Source of the DNA: an uncultured Parachlamydiaceae bacterium
Lineage (GTDB): Bacteria; Chlamydiota; Chlamydiia; Chlamydiales; Parachlamydiaceae
NCBI GenBank assembly: GCA_963752155.1
Contig: CAVVXH010000010.1
Location: 256,001-320,000, forward strand
Direction: 5' to 3'
Length of the DNA: 64,000 bases
The notes beneath the pieces were generated by a model. It worked only from the letters and a program-made list of their open reading frames with translations. It searched no databases and had not been told where the DNA came from. A program made the position numbers and the translations under genes. Positions within the stretch are counted from its first letter, which is position 1. Each line of letters opens with the position of its first letter. This document shows, piece after piece, positions 18,574 through 29,199 of this stretch.

Positions 18574-20216
18574 TAGTTCTTTTCTTTAATACGATTAAGT
18601 TCTCTATAGAACGCATCAAGTTCGACATCTTCATCGTTTTCAGAAGCTGGAAATTGCTTTGAGATTAATTGTTCTCTCTTAGAATTTAGATAATTCAGAG
18701 CGTTTTTAATAGGGTCTTTTACACTATCAATTTCATTATTAACGTTCCAAGAATCACAATAAAGCTCTATGCTTCCATTAGCTAAAATATATAAATCAGT
18801 AATTTCTTTGGGTAGCCGAGTTAAAAAGCCTGGAGATTGATGAGTCCATTGATCCATCAAATCTAAGAGTTCTGCATCCAAAGCATGCAATTCCTCAATG
18901 CTGCAACCACTCTTAGAATTGGTTAATTCGACGATTTGATGCGCGATGATGCGAAATTGAGATTTAATTTCTTCTAGATGATCCTCCTTTTCAAGATAAG
19001 CACGCATTTCTGGAATTTCAGTATCAACTTCCTCAATAGAAGAATCGTTATTAAGTTTATCTTGAAAATCGGTATTTAACCAATCATTAAAACTTTCATC
19101 ATTAAAACTTTCATCATCTTCAAAAAAGGAGTCTGATTCATAGCCATCCTCTAAAATTCCCTCGTTTGAATTTTCGATCTCGCAAGCCGGAGATAGATGT
19201 TTATTTTCTAAAGACTGATTTTTTTCATAGTTCGCCATGAATTGTTGTGCTTTTTTGAAGTATTTCTGGGCTTTAATTAAATCATGATCCCTATCAGGCT
19301 GATTGCTTTCTGTAACTGCAAAAGAAGGATTTAATTGCTGAAGGACTTCTTCGGCATCAGAACGAAATTTATCAGAAAGTGCATCGGTTTCTTGGTTTAT
19401 ATTTTCGACATCTGATTGAGCAATATCTTTAAGTGTAGTAACTATATTGCAATCTAGGTACGGATTCAGGCTCTCGTGTGATGGTTTGATATTTATTTTG
19501 GGCTGAATTTGTGGGCGTTCGTACACCTGAAACATTTCAATTTTAAGTAAATTTTCTTCCGTAATTCTTTTTAAGTTAGACTCATTTTTAGAAGATAATG
19601 GATTCTTTATTTCATTTATTTGTTGTCCCATTAGATCTACTTCGATTTTAAGTAATTCTAACTTTTCTTGTTGTTGATTTGCAGATAAGTTAATGGACGC
19701 ATAAAGAGTATCAATTGCTTCTCCTTGTTTATAAGCTTCTTCTAACAAGTTTTCAACAAATTTATTTTGAAAGAATAGATCAATTTCATTTTCATTTTCT
19801 TTAGAAATTTTTAGAAATGCTGCAATCTTTTCACTAATAGCAGAGGAGGGGAAATTTTTTTGATCGATGTTTTTTGAGAAAACATAATCGATTTTGGTCA
19901 TTTTGAAAGGAATAGATTTGAGTTGTTGCCAGATAGAGTTCAGTTCATTTGTGGCCTCAGGATCGTTTTTTTTAATGAGGGCTTTAATTTTTGAGCTTAG
20001 GATGAATTGATTTTGAAGTAAATTTTCTATAACCGAAGGTAATTTCCTCGCATTGATTTGTGAAGTTGTTTGGGGGTCCGCTTCTGATGTCTGTTTTGAG
20101 TCCAGAACCAAAGCAATCTCCTTTATTTTGCGAGTTTGCACATTGTCAATTCTTATAGAAAAAAAATTTTGATATAAATTTTGGAAAAAATTTAAAGAAA
20201 AAAATGAATAGATCAT
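18573..20216 (-). CDS. Hypothetical acidic coiled-coil protein
   Basis: 547-aa AT-rich ORF; GAGG RBS; E/D/N/K-rich; no motif recognised. Confidence 0.7.
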   Translation of the reverse strand: MIYSFFSLNFFQNLYQNFFSIRIDNVQTRKIKEIALVLDSKQTSEADPQTTSQINARKLPSVIENLLQNQFILSSKIKALIKKNDPEATNELNSIWQQLKSIPFKMTKIDYVFSKNIDQKNFPSSAISEKIAAFLKISKENENEIDLFFQNKFVENLLEEAYKQGEAIDTLYASINLSANQQQEKLELLKIEVDLMGQQINEIKNPLSSKNESNLKRITEENLLKIEMFQVYERPQIQPKINIKPSHESLNPYLDCNIVTTLKDIAQSDVENINQETDALSDKFRSDAEEVLQQLNPSFAVTESNQPDRDHDLIKAQKYFKKAQQFMANYEKNQSLENKHLSPACEIENSNEGILEDGYESDSFFEDDESFNDESFNDWLNTDFQDKLNNDSSIEEVDTEIPEMRAYLEKEDHLEEIKSQFRIIAHQIVELTNSKSGCSIEELHALDAELLDLMDQWTHQSPGFLTRLPKEITDLYILANGSIELYCDSWNVNNEIDSVKDPIKNALNYLNSKREQLISKQFPASENDEDVELDAFYRELNRIKEKN

Positions 20217-20526
20217 ATAAACACCTCGATTTATTAAATTACATGTAAAAATATTTTTTTTATATTTTAATATTTTTGTTTTTTTATAGGCAATTAAATT
20301 CTATTGTACCTCTTGCGTTTTTCTATTGTCAAGTCAAAAACAGTATTTTAGTGAGAAATTAGATATTAGATAAAATAGAAATGAACTGCAATAAGAGACA
20401 TTGTTTGAATCAATGCGTATTTCTGGTATTTCTGGCAACTTCTCATATAAGTGGACGTTGCATTTTTTTGTAGATGAAACGTTCATCTGGAAATCGTTAT
20501 ATTAGATTGAGTATGTGGACGTAATC

Positions 20527-20629
20527 AACGATGCAAACGATACAACGATAAAAACGATAAAAACGATATAAACGATAAGAACGATAGGAATGATAGGAAC
20601 GATAGGAACGATACAACGATAAAAACGCT
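20527..20629. repeat. AACGAT-family array downstream of the GxxExxY gene (~11 units)
   Basis: aacgatgca aacgatac aacgataaa aacgataaa aacgatata aacgataag aacgatagg ... Confidence 0.92.
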
Positions 20630-20673
20630 TTTCAAGATTATTTACAAAAGTCTAGACACTCCCACTCCCTACG

Positions 20674-21099
20674 TCACAATTTCTCATAGACTTCTTCTAG
20701 ACTAGTCGAAAAGTCCTCATTGCTCTGCAGTCTTTTCCATTCCAATTTCCTATGTCGGAAATTTACTAACAAACCGATTTGAAGTTGAGAAGCTTTTAAA
20801 TAGTTGAATAATTGTGCCTGATGTTCGCGAACCAAACTTTCACAACATTTTAATTCCACGATCACGGTTTTTCCTACAACCAGATCTGCGTGATATCGAC
20901 CGATTACTTTGCCTCTAAACATTACTTCAAAAGGTCGTTCTACTTCGACCTCTAGGCCCATCTGTCTCATCGCAATCAATAGCGCATTTTTGTAGACTTT
21001 TTCCAGAAATCCTGGCCCAAGCTCCTTCATGACCTCAAAACAACAGTTCAGAATGGTGCCCGTCAATTCATGATGAGGTAATTTTTTGTCTTCTTCCAT
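20674..21099 (-). CDS. GxxExxY protein (PD-(D/E)xK nuclease-like)
   Basis: ELGPGFLEKVY, ADLVV..VIVELK and QLFNYLKAS..GLLVNF; ATG at 21099 is part of the last repeat unit (alternative start 21120). Confidence 0.92.
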   Translation of the reverse strand: MEEDKKLPHHELTGTILNCCFEVMKELGPGFLEKVYKNALLIAMRQMGLEVEVERPFEVMFRGKVIGRYHADLVVGKTVIVELKCCESLVREHQAQLFNYLKASQLQIGLLVNFRHRKLEWKRLQSNEDFSTSLEEVYEKL

Positions 21100-21358
21100 C
21101 GTTCTTATCGTTCCTATCATTCTTATCGTTTTTATCGTTTTTATCGTTCTTATCGTTCTTATCGTTTATATCGTTTTTATCGTTTTTATCGTTCTTATCG
21201 TTCTTATCGTTCTTATCGTTTTTATCGTTTTTATCGTTTTTATCGTTCTTATCGTTCTTATCGTTCTTATCGTTTTTATCGTTTTTATCGTTTTTATCGT
21301 TCTTATCGTTCTTATCGTTTATATCGTTTTTATCGTTCCTATCGTTCTTATCGTTTAT
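21098..21358. repeat. AACGAT-family array upstream of the GxxExxY gene (29 x 9 bp, ATCGTTnnT)
   Basis: 29 consecutive units with variants ATCGTT-CTT/TTT/TAT/CCT; inverted relative to 20527-20629. Confidence 0.97.
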
Positions 21359-21478
21359 ACCATTGATCTATAGTTAGTAGCAACAGTCTGAACGGTAGCT
21401 CACTTCACTTTTTCTAGAGCTGTCAAAGGCCTTCACCACTTCACTCCCATAATTAGAAGTTGCTATTGCTATCTCTTG

Positions 21479-23167
21479 CTATCTCTTCCTATCTCTGTTG
21501 AGAAAAATAAATGGAAACAAAACCCCAAGACAACAAAGCAAAAGAATTGGACTATTTCCAAATCGACTATAAATTGTGGGGTAATGGTATCTCGGAACTT
21601 CGACGTATAGAGCATCGGCAATCCATTGTGATTCCGGCGATGTATCTCCTAACATCGCAATGATTTGCCCAAAACTGTCGCAGGCTGTCGTAATTCCTGT
21701 ATTGCAAGCTCGAACAATAGGGACTCCATTTTCAACGCTACGCAATCTAGCAAGATCGAAATGTTGTTTAGGTAGATTGGAATTGGGGTACCATACATCG
21801 CTCGAAAGATTGACAAGCAGCTCTGCTCCGTTTTGACGGCATTCTCGCATGATATTTCCAAAGGTCTCTTCATAGCAAATAGAAACCCCAAAAGGAATAG
21901 TACTTCCATGGAAAACTGTCGCTTCGGTTCCGAAAGTTAAAGATCCTTGAATTCCATATTTTGCTGCCAGGTTGTGGAAGATTGAAAAAGGGATATATTC
22001 AGCCATCGGAAGTAAGATCCGTTTAGCATAGTGTGGAGAGGCAGCATAAACAGACTCATCTGTTGAATTGGGTTTAAAATGGATCGCTGCACTATAATGT
22101 TGTGCCTTGGCATTTTCATCTTGAATAACATTTTCTAGACCAGCGATGACTTCAGACTGAAAGATATTGGCAACGGCTTGTGCCCAGAAAGCATTATTAA
22201 CGAACCATCTATTTCCTTGATTTGAGATAGATTGACGAGCAAATGGCTCTTGTAGGGGAGGAAACTTTTGTTTAACAGATTCACCGTAAGTTGCGGTAAT
22301 CGCTTTTTCTACCTCTTCATAGGGATAGATAGGTAAATAGGTTGCAAAAGGAACGACGTATTCGGGCAAAGCAATCAGGTCAATATTCTTTTCACGATAA
22401 GGGTGTAAAATTTTAAAAATTTGAGCCCACTCGTCTATGACGTAATCGACATACTGCGATCTCGTATCAAAGACTAGAGCCTCTTCCGCTGGAAAAGCTG
22501 TTTGCACTAACAGAGTTCTATAAGGATTCGACGGTTCTTGAATGGGGTAATGAAAATGAAATATTCCAAATAGATAAGGGAATGCAGCGAGCGATATCCA
22601 TGCGACTAAGTTCTTTTTACTTTGGTAAAACCAAGCTCTTAATCCCATCATATTTACAAGAATAACCCAGAAAGAAAGTAAATAGATTCCTCCAATGGAA
22701 GCTAATTGCATTGAATAAAGATGATTGGTTAGGGCAATTCCTGCGGGATTCCAGGTATATCCTGAGAGAAAATAGAGTCGACTCCATTCAAACAAAGTCC
22801 ACAAAGAGGCTAAAGCGATCGCTTGAGAGATTTTTTGAAGTCGTTCAGGTTTAATAAAAATAGACAACACCCCCCATTGCATTCCCCATAAAATGCAAAA
22901 CAACGCATAGACAAAATAGATATAATTGAAAGGGTGATACAGTAGCCATTTAAGTTGTATCGCTTGTACCGCGAGGAACCATAGTGTCCCTATTAAAAAG
23001 CGCTGTTTTGCTGAAGTAATTTCAAGCAAGACTCTGCACATCAGTGCATAGCCGCACAGAGCTGATAGAGTGCTCAACCAAGGAATGCCGGCAGGCTGCC
23101 CATAACTCACAATGACGAAGGAAATAAAGAGCAAAAGGAGCGCTCGGATCATGCCTAATGTTGCCAA
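21479..23167 (-). CDS. lnt: Apolipoprotein N-acyltransferase
   Basis: EWSR..SGYTWN; ALPE; KRILLPMAEYIP; SICYE; RSVENGVPIVRACNTG. Confidence 0.92.
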   Translation of the reverse strand: MATLGMIRALLLLFISFVIVSYGQPAGIPWLSTLSALCGYALMCRVLLEITSAKQRFLIGTLWFLAVQAIQLKWLLYHPFNYIYFVYALFCILWGMQWGVLSIFIKPERLQKISQAIALASLWTLFEWSRLYFLSGYTWNPAGIALTNHLYSMQLASIGGIYLLSFWVILVNMMGLRAWFYQSKKNLVAWISLAAFPYLFGIFHFHYPIQEPSNPYRTLLVQTAFPAEEALVFDTRSQYVDYVIDEWAQIFKILHPYREKNIDLIALPEYVVPFATYLPIYPYEEVEKAITATYGESVKQKFPPLQEPFARQSISNQGNRWFVNNAFWAQAVANIFQSEVIAGLENVIQDENAKAQHYSAAIHFKPNSTDESVYAASPHYAKRILLPMAEYIPFSIFHNLAAKYGIQGSLTFGTEATVFHGSTIPFGVSICYEETFGNIMRECRQNGAELLVNLSSDVWYPNSNLPKQHFDLARLRSVENGVPIVRACNTGITTACDSFGQIIAMLGDTSPESQWIADALYVEVPRYHYPTIYSRFGNSPILLLCCLGVLFPFIFLNRDRKR

Positions 23168-25668
23168 AAAATATAAGGGAGTTCTAGAGGTGTTAAATTC
23201 GGCGCATTTGGAACTATACGAGGCGTATAGTAACTAATCGGATAATCAGCAGGGACTTCTGCTTGAAAAATATGCATGTTGGAAGGGTTTATGGATTTCC
23301 CTATTTCTTTCATAATGTAAATTGATGGCATAGAACCTCCATTTTTATAAAGTTCGACTCTTATATCATTAGGATCTATTTTATCTAAAAAGACTTCAAT
23401 ATTAAATCGATAAATGTCACCAAGGTTCTCTGTGCTTATCTTACCAAAGTATAAATTATTCCAGCTTTCATTGATAGTCTTAATTTGTTTTGTAACATTT
23501 CCACTTAGTCGATTTTGATAAAGCTGAGCTGCAGGAAGATAGTATTTTTCAGTATACTCACGTACACAACGATTACTTGAAAAATAGGGGGTAAGTTCGG
23601 CCATGCTAGATCGGATACGTTTAACCCAATCAACTGGGATGTTTTCCCCATTTCGCGTATAAAAAGAGGGGATGACTTCGTTCTCTAACAAAGTGTAAAG
23701 GGCATCTGCATCTTGGGCATCGCGAGCTTGTTCATCGATTCCCTTCCCATTGTGAGATTGGCCGATTGCCCAACCGACTTGAGGTGAATAGGCTTCAGCC
23801 CACCAGCCGTCAGGGATAGATAAATTGAGCCCTCCATTGACAAGAACTTTCATTCCACTTGTTCCGCAAGCTTCCCAAGGGCGTAGAGGGGTATTAATCC
23901 AGACGTCGACTCCTTGCACTAATTCTTTGGACAAGAGCATGTTGTAATCGCTCAAGAAAATAACATGAGGGGATACTTCAGGCCGTTTAATAAATTCGGA
24001 CCATTGTCGAATGAGGGCTTGGCCAGGCAGATCAGCAGGGTGAGCTTTACCGGCAATCAAAAGTTGGATTGGGTGTTTAGAGTTATTGAGGAGGGCAATA
24101 AAGCGTTCAGGATTGTGCAATAATAAATTGGGACGTTTGTAAGTTGCAAAACGTCTTGCAAAACCTAGTGTCAAAGTATTGGGATCGAAAATTTTCTTGG
24201 CCTTCTCTATTTCTTCTGCGGTTGCACCAGCGATTGCCAGTTGAGTCGGAAGACGGCGTCTTGTAAAGTCTACAAGATTTTGACGCAGGAGTGAACGCAT
24301 ATTCCAAATGGGAGCATCGGGAACGGCATTCATCTTTTTTTCTAAACATTTAGTATCTTGCATCCACCGTTCTTTTCCACATGCATTAGTCCATAATTCA
24401 TCAGAGTGAATAGAGTCCCAGCTAGGCATGTGTACGCCATTGGTGATGTGTCCAATAGGGACTTCTTCTTCAGGCCAACGAGGGAATAAAGGAGCAAACA
24501 AACGTTTACTGACTTTTTCGTGCAAACCACTAACAGCATTGGCAAAAGCGCTTCCACGCATCGCTAAATAAGCCATATTGAAGTATTCTTTATCGTTGTT
24601 AGGATCTATCCTGCCGAGAGCTAACAATTCTTTTAAGGATATTTTTAGAAGATTTTGAGTATAGTAATTTAGGAATTTTTCAATGAGTTCCGGACTGAAG
24701 CGGTCAAAACCAGCTTCAACAGCTGTGTGAGTAGTGAAAAGATTACCTGAACGTGTGATTTGAAGGGCTGTATGAAAGTCCACTTGATGCTCGATCATAT
24801 AAGAACGTGCACGTTCAAGTATTGCAAAAGCTGCATGACCTTCATTGAGATGACAAACTGCAGGTGAGAGATTTAAGGCTTCAAGAAGCCTCCATCCTCC
24901 TAAGCCAAGAATGATTTCTTGTCTAAGACGAAGCTCGGCATCACCTCCATAAAGTTCACTTGTAATGGCCCTATAGGCTGGAAAATTTGCGGGATCATTG
25001 GTGTCGAGGAGAAGCAATTTGACTCTGCCTACGATCACTTGCCATGTTCTTACCCAGAGGGTATATCCGGGGAGTGCAATTTCGAGGCGGAGCCATTCGC
25101 CATCCGATTTGCGTAAGGGTGTGATGGGCATTTGGCCAGGGTCATTATAAGGATAAAAAGCTTGCTGGGCTCCGTGGTTATCCAAAACTTGCCTAAAATA
25201 ACCTTGTTGATAGAGCAATCCGATCGCTACAACAGGAAGACCTAAATCGCTAGCAGCTTTTAATTGATCTCCGGCGACATTACCTAGACCCCCGGAATAG
25301 ATAGGAAGAGCTTCGGTAAGCATATATTCCATGCTGAAATAGGCGACACAGTTTAATGGGCTATTTTGATGCGTTTCGCTAAACCAGCTGGGTTGTGACT
25401 TTTCTAGACGGTTATTTTCGACCAGATCCTGAGCAAGAGTATGAAAATGGGGATCTGACAATAATTTTTCAAGCTTTTCTCGCGAAGCGACTTGCAAAAC
25501 ATCTTTAGGATTGCGAGTAAGTTTCCACAATTCTGGATTGAGTTTTTCCCATAACGCATCTGAACTACGATTCCAGGACCAATGAAGATTTTCGGTAAGT
25601 TGTTTCAAGAGCTCGTAGCCGAGGATATTGCAGTGATCTTCGATAGGTGATTGAGTTTTCGTCTCCAT
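23155..25668 (-). CDS. glgP: Alpha-glucan (glycogen) phosphorylase
   Basis: YFSMEY, YSGGLG, HLNEGH, ITNGVH, GFARRFATYKR and EACGTSGMK motifs. Confidence 0.95.
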   Translation of the reverse strand: METKTQSPIEDHCNILGYELLKQLTENLHWSWNRSSDALWEKLNPELWKLTRNPKDVLQVASREKLEKLLSDPHFHTLAQDLVENNRLEKSQPSWFSETHQNSPLNCVAYFSMEYMLTEALPIYSGGLGNVAGDQLKAASDLGLPVVAIGLLYQQGYFRQVLDNHGAQQAFYPYNDPGQMPITPLRKSDGEWLRLEIALPGYTLWVRTWQVIVGRVKLLLLDTNDPANFPAYRAITSELYGGDAELRLRQEIILGLGGWRLLEALNLSPAVCHLNEGHAAFAILERARSYMIEHQVDFHTALQITRSGNLFTTHTAVEAGFDRFSPELIEKFLNYYTQNLLKISLKELLALGRIDPNNDKEYFNMAYLAMRGSAFANAVSGLHEKVSKRLFAPLFPRWPEEEVPIGHITNGVHMPSWDSIHSDELWTNACGKERWMQDTKCLEKKMNAVPDAPIWNMRSLLRQNLVDFTRRRLPTQLAIAGATAEEIEKAKKIFDPNTLTLGFARRFATYKRPNLLLHNPERFIALLNNSKHPIQLLIAGKAHPADLPGQALIRQWSEFIKRPEVSPHVIFLSDYNMLLSKELVQGVDVWINTPLRPWEACGTSGMKVLVNGGLNLSIPDGWWAEAYSPQVGWAIGQSHNGKGIDEQARDAQDADALYTLLENEVIPSFYTRNGENIPVDWVKRIRSSMAELTPYFSSNRCVREYTEKYYLPAAQLYQNRLSGNVTKQIKTINESWNNLYFGKISTENLGDIYRFNIEVFLDKIDPNDIRVELYKNGGSMPSIYIMKEIGKSINPSNMHIFQAEVPADYPISYYTPRIVPNAPNLTPLELPYIFWQH

Positions 25669-25675
25669 AAGATTC

Positions 25676-26089
25676 CTAATCCTCCACTGCAATGGATTTG
25701 TTTAAAAGTTCTCGCGTGCAGTAAATGGGTACATTGTTCATTAAGGCTAGGATGATACAGTCACTTGGTCTCGAATCTATCTCTAAGATATGTCTGATTT
25801 CATCTTTTTCTAATTCAAGATATAAACGTGAATAGTAGATGGTGTCTTCAACATCATTGATGATGACCTGTTTGATGCGAACTCCAAAGCCTTTGAAAAT
25901 TCCGTTTAGGAGTTCATGAGTCAAAGGCCGTTGGGTTTCGACTCCTGTCAGGTACATCTGAATAATTTTGCCGATGTTGGGGTCTGTATAGATGGCAAAG
26001 CGTTTTTCAGGAGTTCCCATGACGATGACAGTGTACGTCTTGGTTTGCATAATCTTGTCAAAAGTCAATTGTATGAGTTCATTTAGCAT
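25676..26089 (-). CDS. Bifunctional nuclease (DUF151) family protein
   Basis: RPLTHELL and IDSRPSDCIILA motifs. Confidence 0.88.
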   Translation of the reverse strand: MLNELIQLTFDKIMQTKTYTVIVMGTPEKRFAIYTDPNIGKIIQMYLTGVETQRPLTHELLNGIFKGFGVRIKQVIINDVEDTIYYSRLYLELEKDEIRHILEIDSRPSDCIILALMNNVPIYCTRELLNKSIAVED

Positions 26090-26111
26090 TTCAAAGTTCC
26101 TTAAAAAGCTT

Positions 26112-29096
26112 TTATATTCTTTCAATGACTAATGGAACTTCTCCTTTTTCTCGGAGAATCTCATTTTCTTTTTCCAGAAGATCTTTGCTTGCAAAGATGA
26201 TAGGAATTCCTAAATTTATTTGAGGCACAATTTCGGCTTTTACAGCTTCTATAACATCTTCTTTTGTTAGCGAAAGGATAGCTGTACGGAATTTTTGACG
26301 TAAAGGTTGCGGTTTACCTTCTCGTAGCCATCCATAGGCAACATCGCCTCGGCTTCCAGGAGAAATTGGCACATCTAGGGATTGGATCATTTCAAGTTTT
26401 GCTTCTTCTAGATCGATCTCGTCGAAATCTCCTCTGATCAGTAAATCGATAGATTCATTAAAGGCATCTAGGGTTGCGCTGATGTTGGGATCTCGATAGG
26501 AATAAAAATAAAAATTGGCAGCCATCGAATTGCATATAGCTCCTCCGCCGTAGGCCCCACCCTGTTCTCTGATTTTGGGATGCAAGATAAGGTTATCGGC
26601 CAAAAAGGCAGCGATATTTAATCCTGGAGCATGTGGATGTGAGTAGGAAACAGTTTTCAAAACCTTGCCTATAAAGGCAATTGGAGAAGCTGTCATCTTT
26701 CCTTGAGGAACAATTTTTGGCAATGTGTAGTTTTCAGTATTCCAAGGTTGGAAAGGTTTTGTTGGGATTGACGTTAGGCCATAAAACTTGTGTCGCTTGA
26801 GTTCATCATACATGGCTGCATCGCAAGTCGTGATCAAGTTGGGGTTGTCTAGACCAAGCAAAGAGTCTTTGAAACGAGAAAGTTGTTCAGCAAGCCATGG
26901 GAGGCGCATATCGACGTTGTCGGCAATATCCTTAATTTGCTTGTAGTAGTCGAGCCCATACCAGGCGTTGGCTATTTTTGAAGGGAAATCGAGACTAGCC
27001 GCTGAAAGATTGATGGCATAGCGTAGGGAGCTCTGATGCAACGAATTTTGCAAACTGATAAAATGCTTCATGACCACTTCTCGAAGACGGGGCAAGTCAG
27101 TAAAATCTAGAGATGTCACAATTTCCTGCATTAATGTCATTAACCTTTGGCTCTTACGGTGCAAAGCTTTGCCGCGAATGTAGAGGGACGGGAAAAAAAG
27201 TTCAGAATTTTGAGCTTGCAAGTTAAATGTGAGCGAGGCTTTTATTCCACCTGTATGGGCCTGAACATATTCCAAATTATCTGCATAGTTGCGCCCTCCA
27301 CATCCCATTTGAGGAAGTAAAACAGTGAATAAACGCACCAATGGAAGATCAGCCTCGGCAATTTTTGGAAGATCGTAAACTAAGTCAGCATAAAGAATAC
27401 TATTGGTAAATGTTGTATGTTGAAAAATTTGTAGACCATTAACTTCTTCCTTCATCAGGGGAAAATCGCGTGCAATTTTCGGCACATCATCGAGAGTCAC
27501 CTTTGGAAGAATACTTTGATCTGCTTCTTCTTGCATCAGTTGAAAGGTTGAAAGTGCAGCAGTTTGTGATTGAATCTTTTCAATTTTTTCAGGGGTTAAG
27601 TTTTTTTGAATTGAATTTAGAGTCGCTTCTTCTTCAGCTAATTCCTTAGCGGCTAATTGACTATCTGGTTCCAAGACAACGCGGACGGAATGGGGATTAT
27701 TGATCAGATGCTTATAGATGAGGTTGCTAAAGTAGTGAGGATTGGCCAAATTATTTTTGTGAACAGCTTCTACTAACCGATGAATTTGCAGCCCTTCTTC
27801 TGGGTTAGCTCCGTGTTGTTTCAGTAATGCTGAACGCATAAATAACGATAATCCATAGGGGCCATGATCTCCCGTGATCTCACTTCGATGGATTTCCAAT
27901 TGATGAAGTGCGTTTTCTATTTGATGCAGAGGGATGCCGACTTCAGCAATTTTCGTTAAGGTAAGCTCAATCAGTTCTTCTAGATAAGAAGCATTTTCTG
28001 GTTTGCATCCTCGTAAAGTAATTGTGAATGGAATTTCACTTTGATCAGTTTCGATGTAGCTGCTGACTTGTTTACAGAGTCCTGATTTTAAAAGAGCCAT
28101 TTTTAACGGCGAAGCATCAGTGTCGAGGAGTATAACCTCCAAGATACTCAGAGCTAAAATTTCTTCTTGTTCGAGAACATGGCATGTGAGCCATCCAAAA
28201 GAAATGATTGTCTGTTCTTCTAGAGTTTCATCTTCTTGGATAGGGTAATGAGCATTGACATACTTCCGTTCGGTAAAACGTTTTTGTTTAGGTATCGGTG
28301 GTAGTGGTGAAACTTTTTTAGTTTCTTTTAGGGTGTGGCTGGAAATGAAATCTAAGTGGCCGGCCAACGATTGATTTCCATAGAAGAAAAATAAACAGCG
28401 GCTAGGATGATAATAATAGCGATGGAATTCTTTGAGTTCTTCGTAGGTAAGTGAAGGGATATTTTGGGGGTCTCCCCCTGAGTTATAGCCATATGTTAAA
28501 TCGGGAAAAAGGGCAGCATTGAGAGCCTCGCTTAAACGTGCATTGGCAGATGACATGGCCCCTTTCATTTCATTGAATACGATCCCTTTATATTCCAAGG
28601 GAGAGGACGGGTCTTCGTTATCCAGGAATTCTAATCGATGTCCTTCTTGTAAAAAACTTAAGTAATTGAGTTCGGGATGAAAGACGGCATCGAGATAGAC
28701 ATCGAGTAAATTATAGAAATCATTGATGACCTGTGTCGCAGCGGGGTAACAAGTGAAGTCAGCGCCTGTCAGAGCATTCATAAAGGTGTTTAAGCTGCGG
28801 CGAGTCATGGCAAAAAATGGATCTTTGACAGGGAATTTTTCAGATCCGCACAGAACAGTATGTTCAAGGATGTGAGCCACACCATTTGAACTATGAGGGT
28901 GTGTTTGAAAAGAAAGGCAGAAAAGATTTTCAGAGTCATCATTGGCGATATGCATGATCTGAGCTCCCGTTGGCAAATGAATGAGCTCATAGAGGTGACA
29001 TTGCAGTTCATCGATAGCAAGTGATTTGATGACTTCAAAATCGTGATAGCGCTGTCCTACAGTTGCAAATAATTTATCTACTTTACCTGTTGCCAT
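26112..29096 (-). CDS. M16C insulinase-family zinc peptidase (presequence-protease-like)
   Basis: GVAHILEHTVLCGS (HxxEH), FMNALT, IREQGGAYGG and YSYRDP motifs. Confidence 0.93.
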   Translation of the reverse strand: MATGKVDKLFATVGQRYHDFEVIKSLAIDELQCHLYELIHLPTGAQIMHIANDDSENLFCLSFQTHPHSSNGVAHILEHTVLCGSEKFPVKDPFFAMTRRSLNTFMNALTGADFTCYPAATQVINDFYNLLDVYLDAVFHPELNYLSFLQEGHRLEFLDNEDPSSPLEYKGIVFNEMKGAMSSANARLSEALNAALFPDLTYGYNSGGDPQNIPSLTYEELKEFHRYYYHPSRCLFFFYGNQSLAGHLDFISSHTLKETKKVSPLPPIPKQKRFTERKYVNAHYPIQEDETLEEQTIISFGWLTCHVLEQEEILALSILEVILLDTDASPLKMALLKSGLCKQVSSYIETDQSEIPFTITLRGCKPENASYLEELIELTLTKIAEVGIPLHQIENALHQLEIHRSEITGDHGPYGLSLFMRSALLKQHGANPEEGLQIHRLVEAVHKNNLANPHYFSNLIYKHLINNPHSVRVVLEPDSQLAAKELAEEEATLNSIQKNLTPEKIEKIQSQTAALSTFQLMQEEADQSILPKVTLDDVPKIARDFPLMKEEVNGLQIFQHTTFTNSILYADLVYDLPKIAEADLPLVRLFTVLLPQMGCGGRNYADNLEYVQAHTGGIKASLTFNLQAQNSELFFPSLYIRGKALHRKSQRLMTLMQEIVTSLDFTDLPRLREVVMKHFISLQNSLHQSSLRYAINLSAASLDFPSKIANAWYGLDYYKQIKDIADNVDMRLPWLAEQLSRFKDSLLGLDNPNLITTCDAAMYDELKRHKFYGLTSIPTKPFQPWNTENYTLPKIVPQGKMTASPIAFIGKVLKTVSYSHPHAPGLNIAAFLADNLILHPKIREQGGAYGGGAICNSMAANFYFYSYRDPNISATLDAFNESIDLLIRGDFDEIDLEEAKLEMIQSLDVPISPGSRGDVAYGWLREGKPQPLRQKFRTAILSLTKEDVIEAVKAEIVPQINLGIPIIFASKDLLEKENEILREKGEVPLVIERI

Positions 29097-29199
29097 TCTG
29101 ACTCTTTGTTATGCGTTATAGGAAGTGAAATAGATGACTAGTTCTTTCTTTAGCATACTGGCATCAAGAGTTTTTTGCCAAGCATGAAGTCTAGTAGTT

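Noticed and set aside
19083..19117. 15-bp tandem duplication (DESFN x2)
   Set aside because: Simple in-frame slippage in a low-complexity acidic region.
20527..21358. CRISPR array interpretation of the repeats
   Set aside because: Units are 9 bp and contiguous with no unique spacers; no cas genes in the window.
21086..21373. 95-aa (IVL/IVF)n hydrophobic ORF
   Set aside because: It is the 29-unit array read on the plus strand, antisense to the GxxExxY start.
21466..21496. CTATCTCTT-like repeats at the lnt stop as a possible TSD of the GxxExxY cassette
   Set aside because: No matching copy found on the other side of the cassette.
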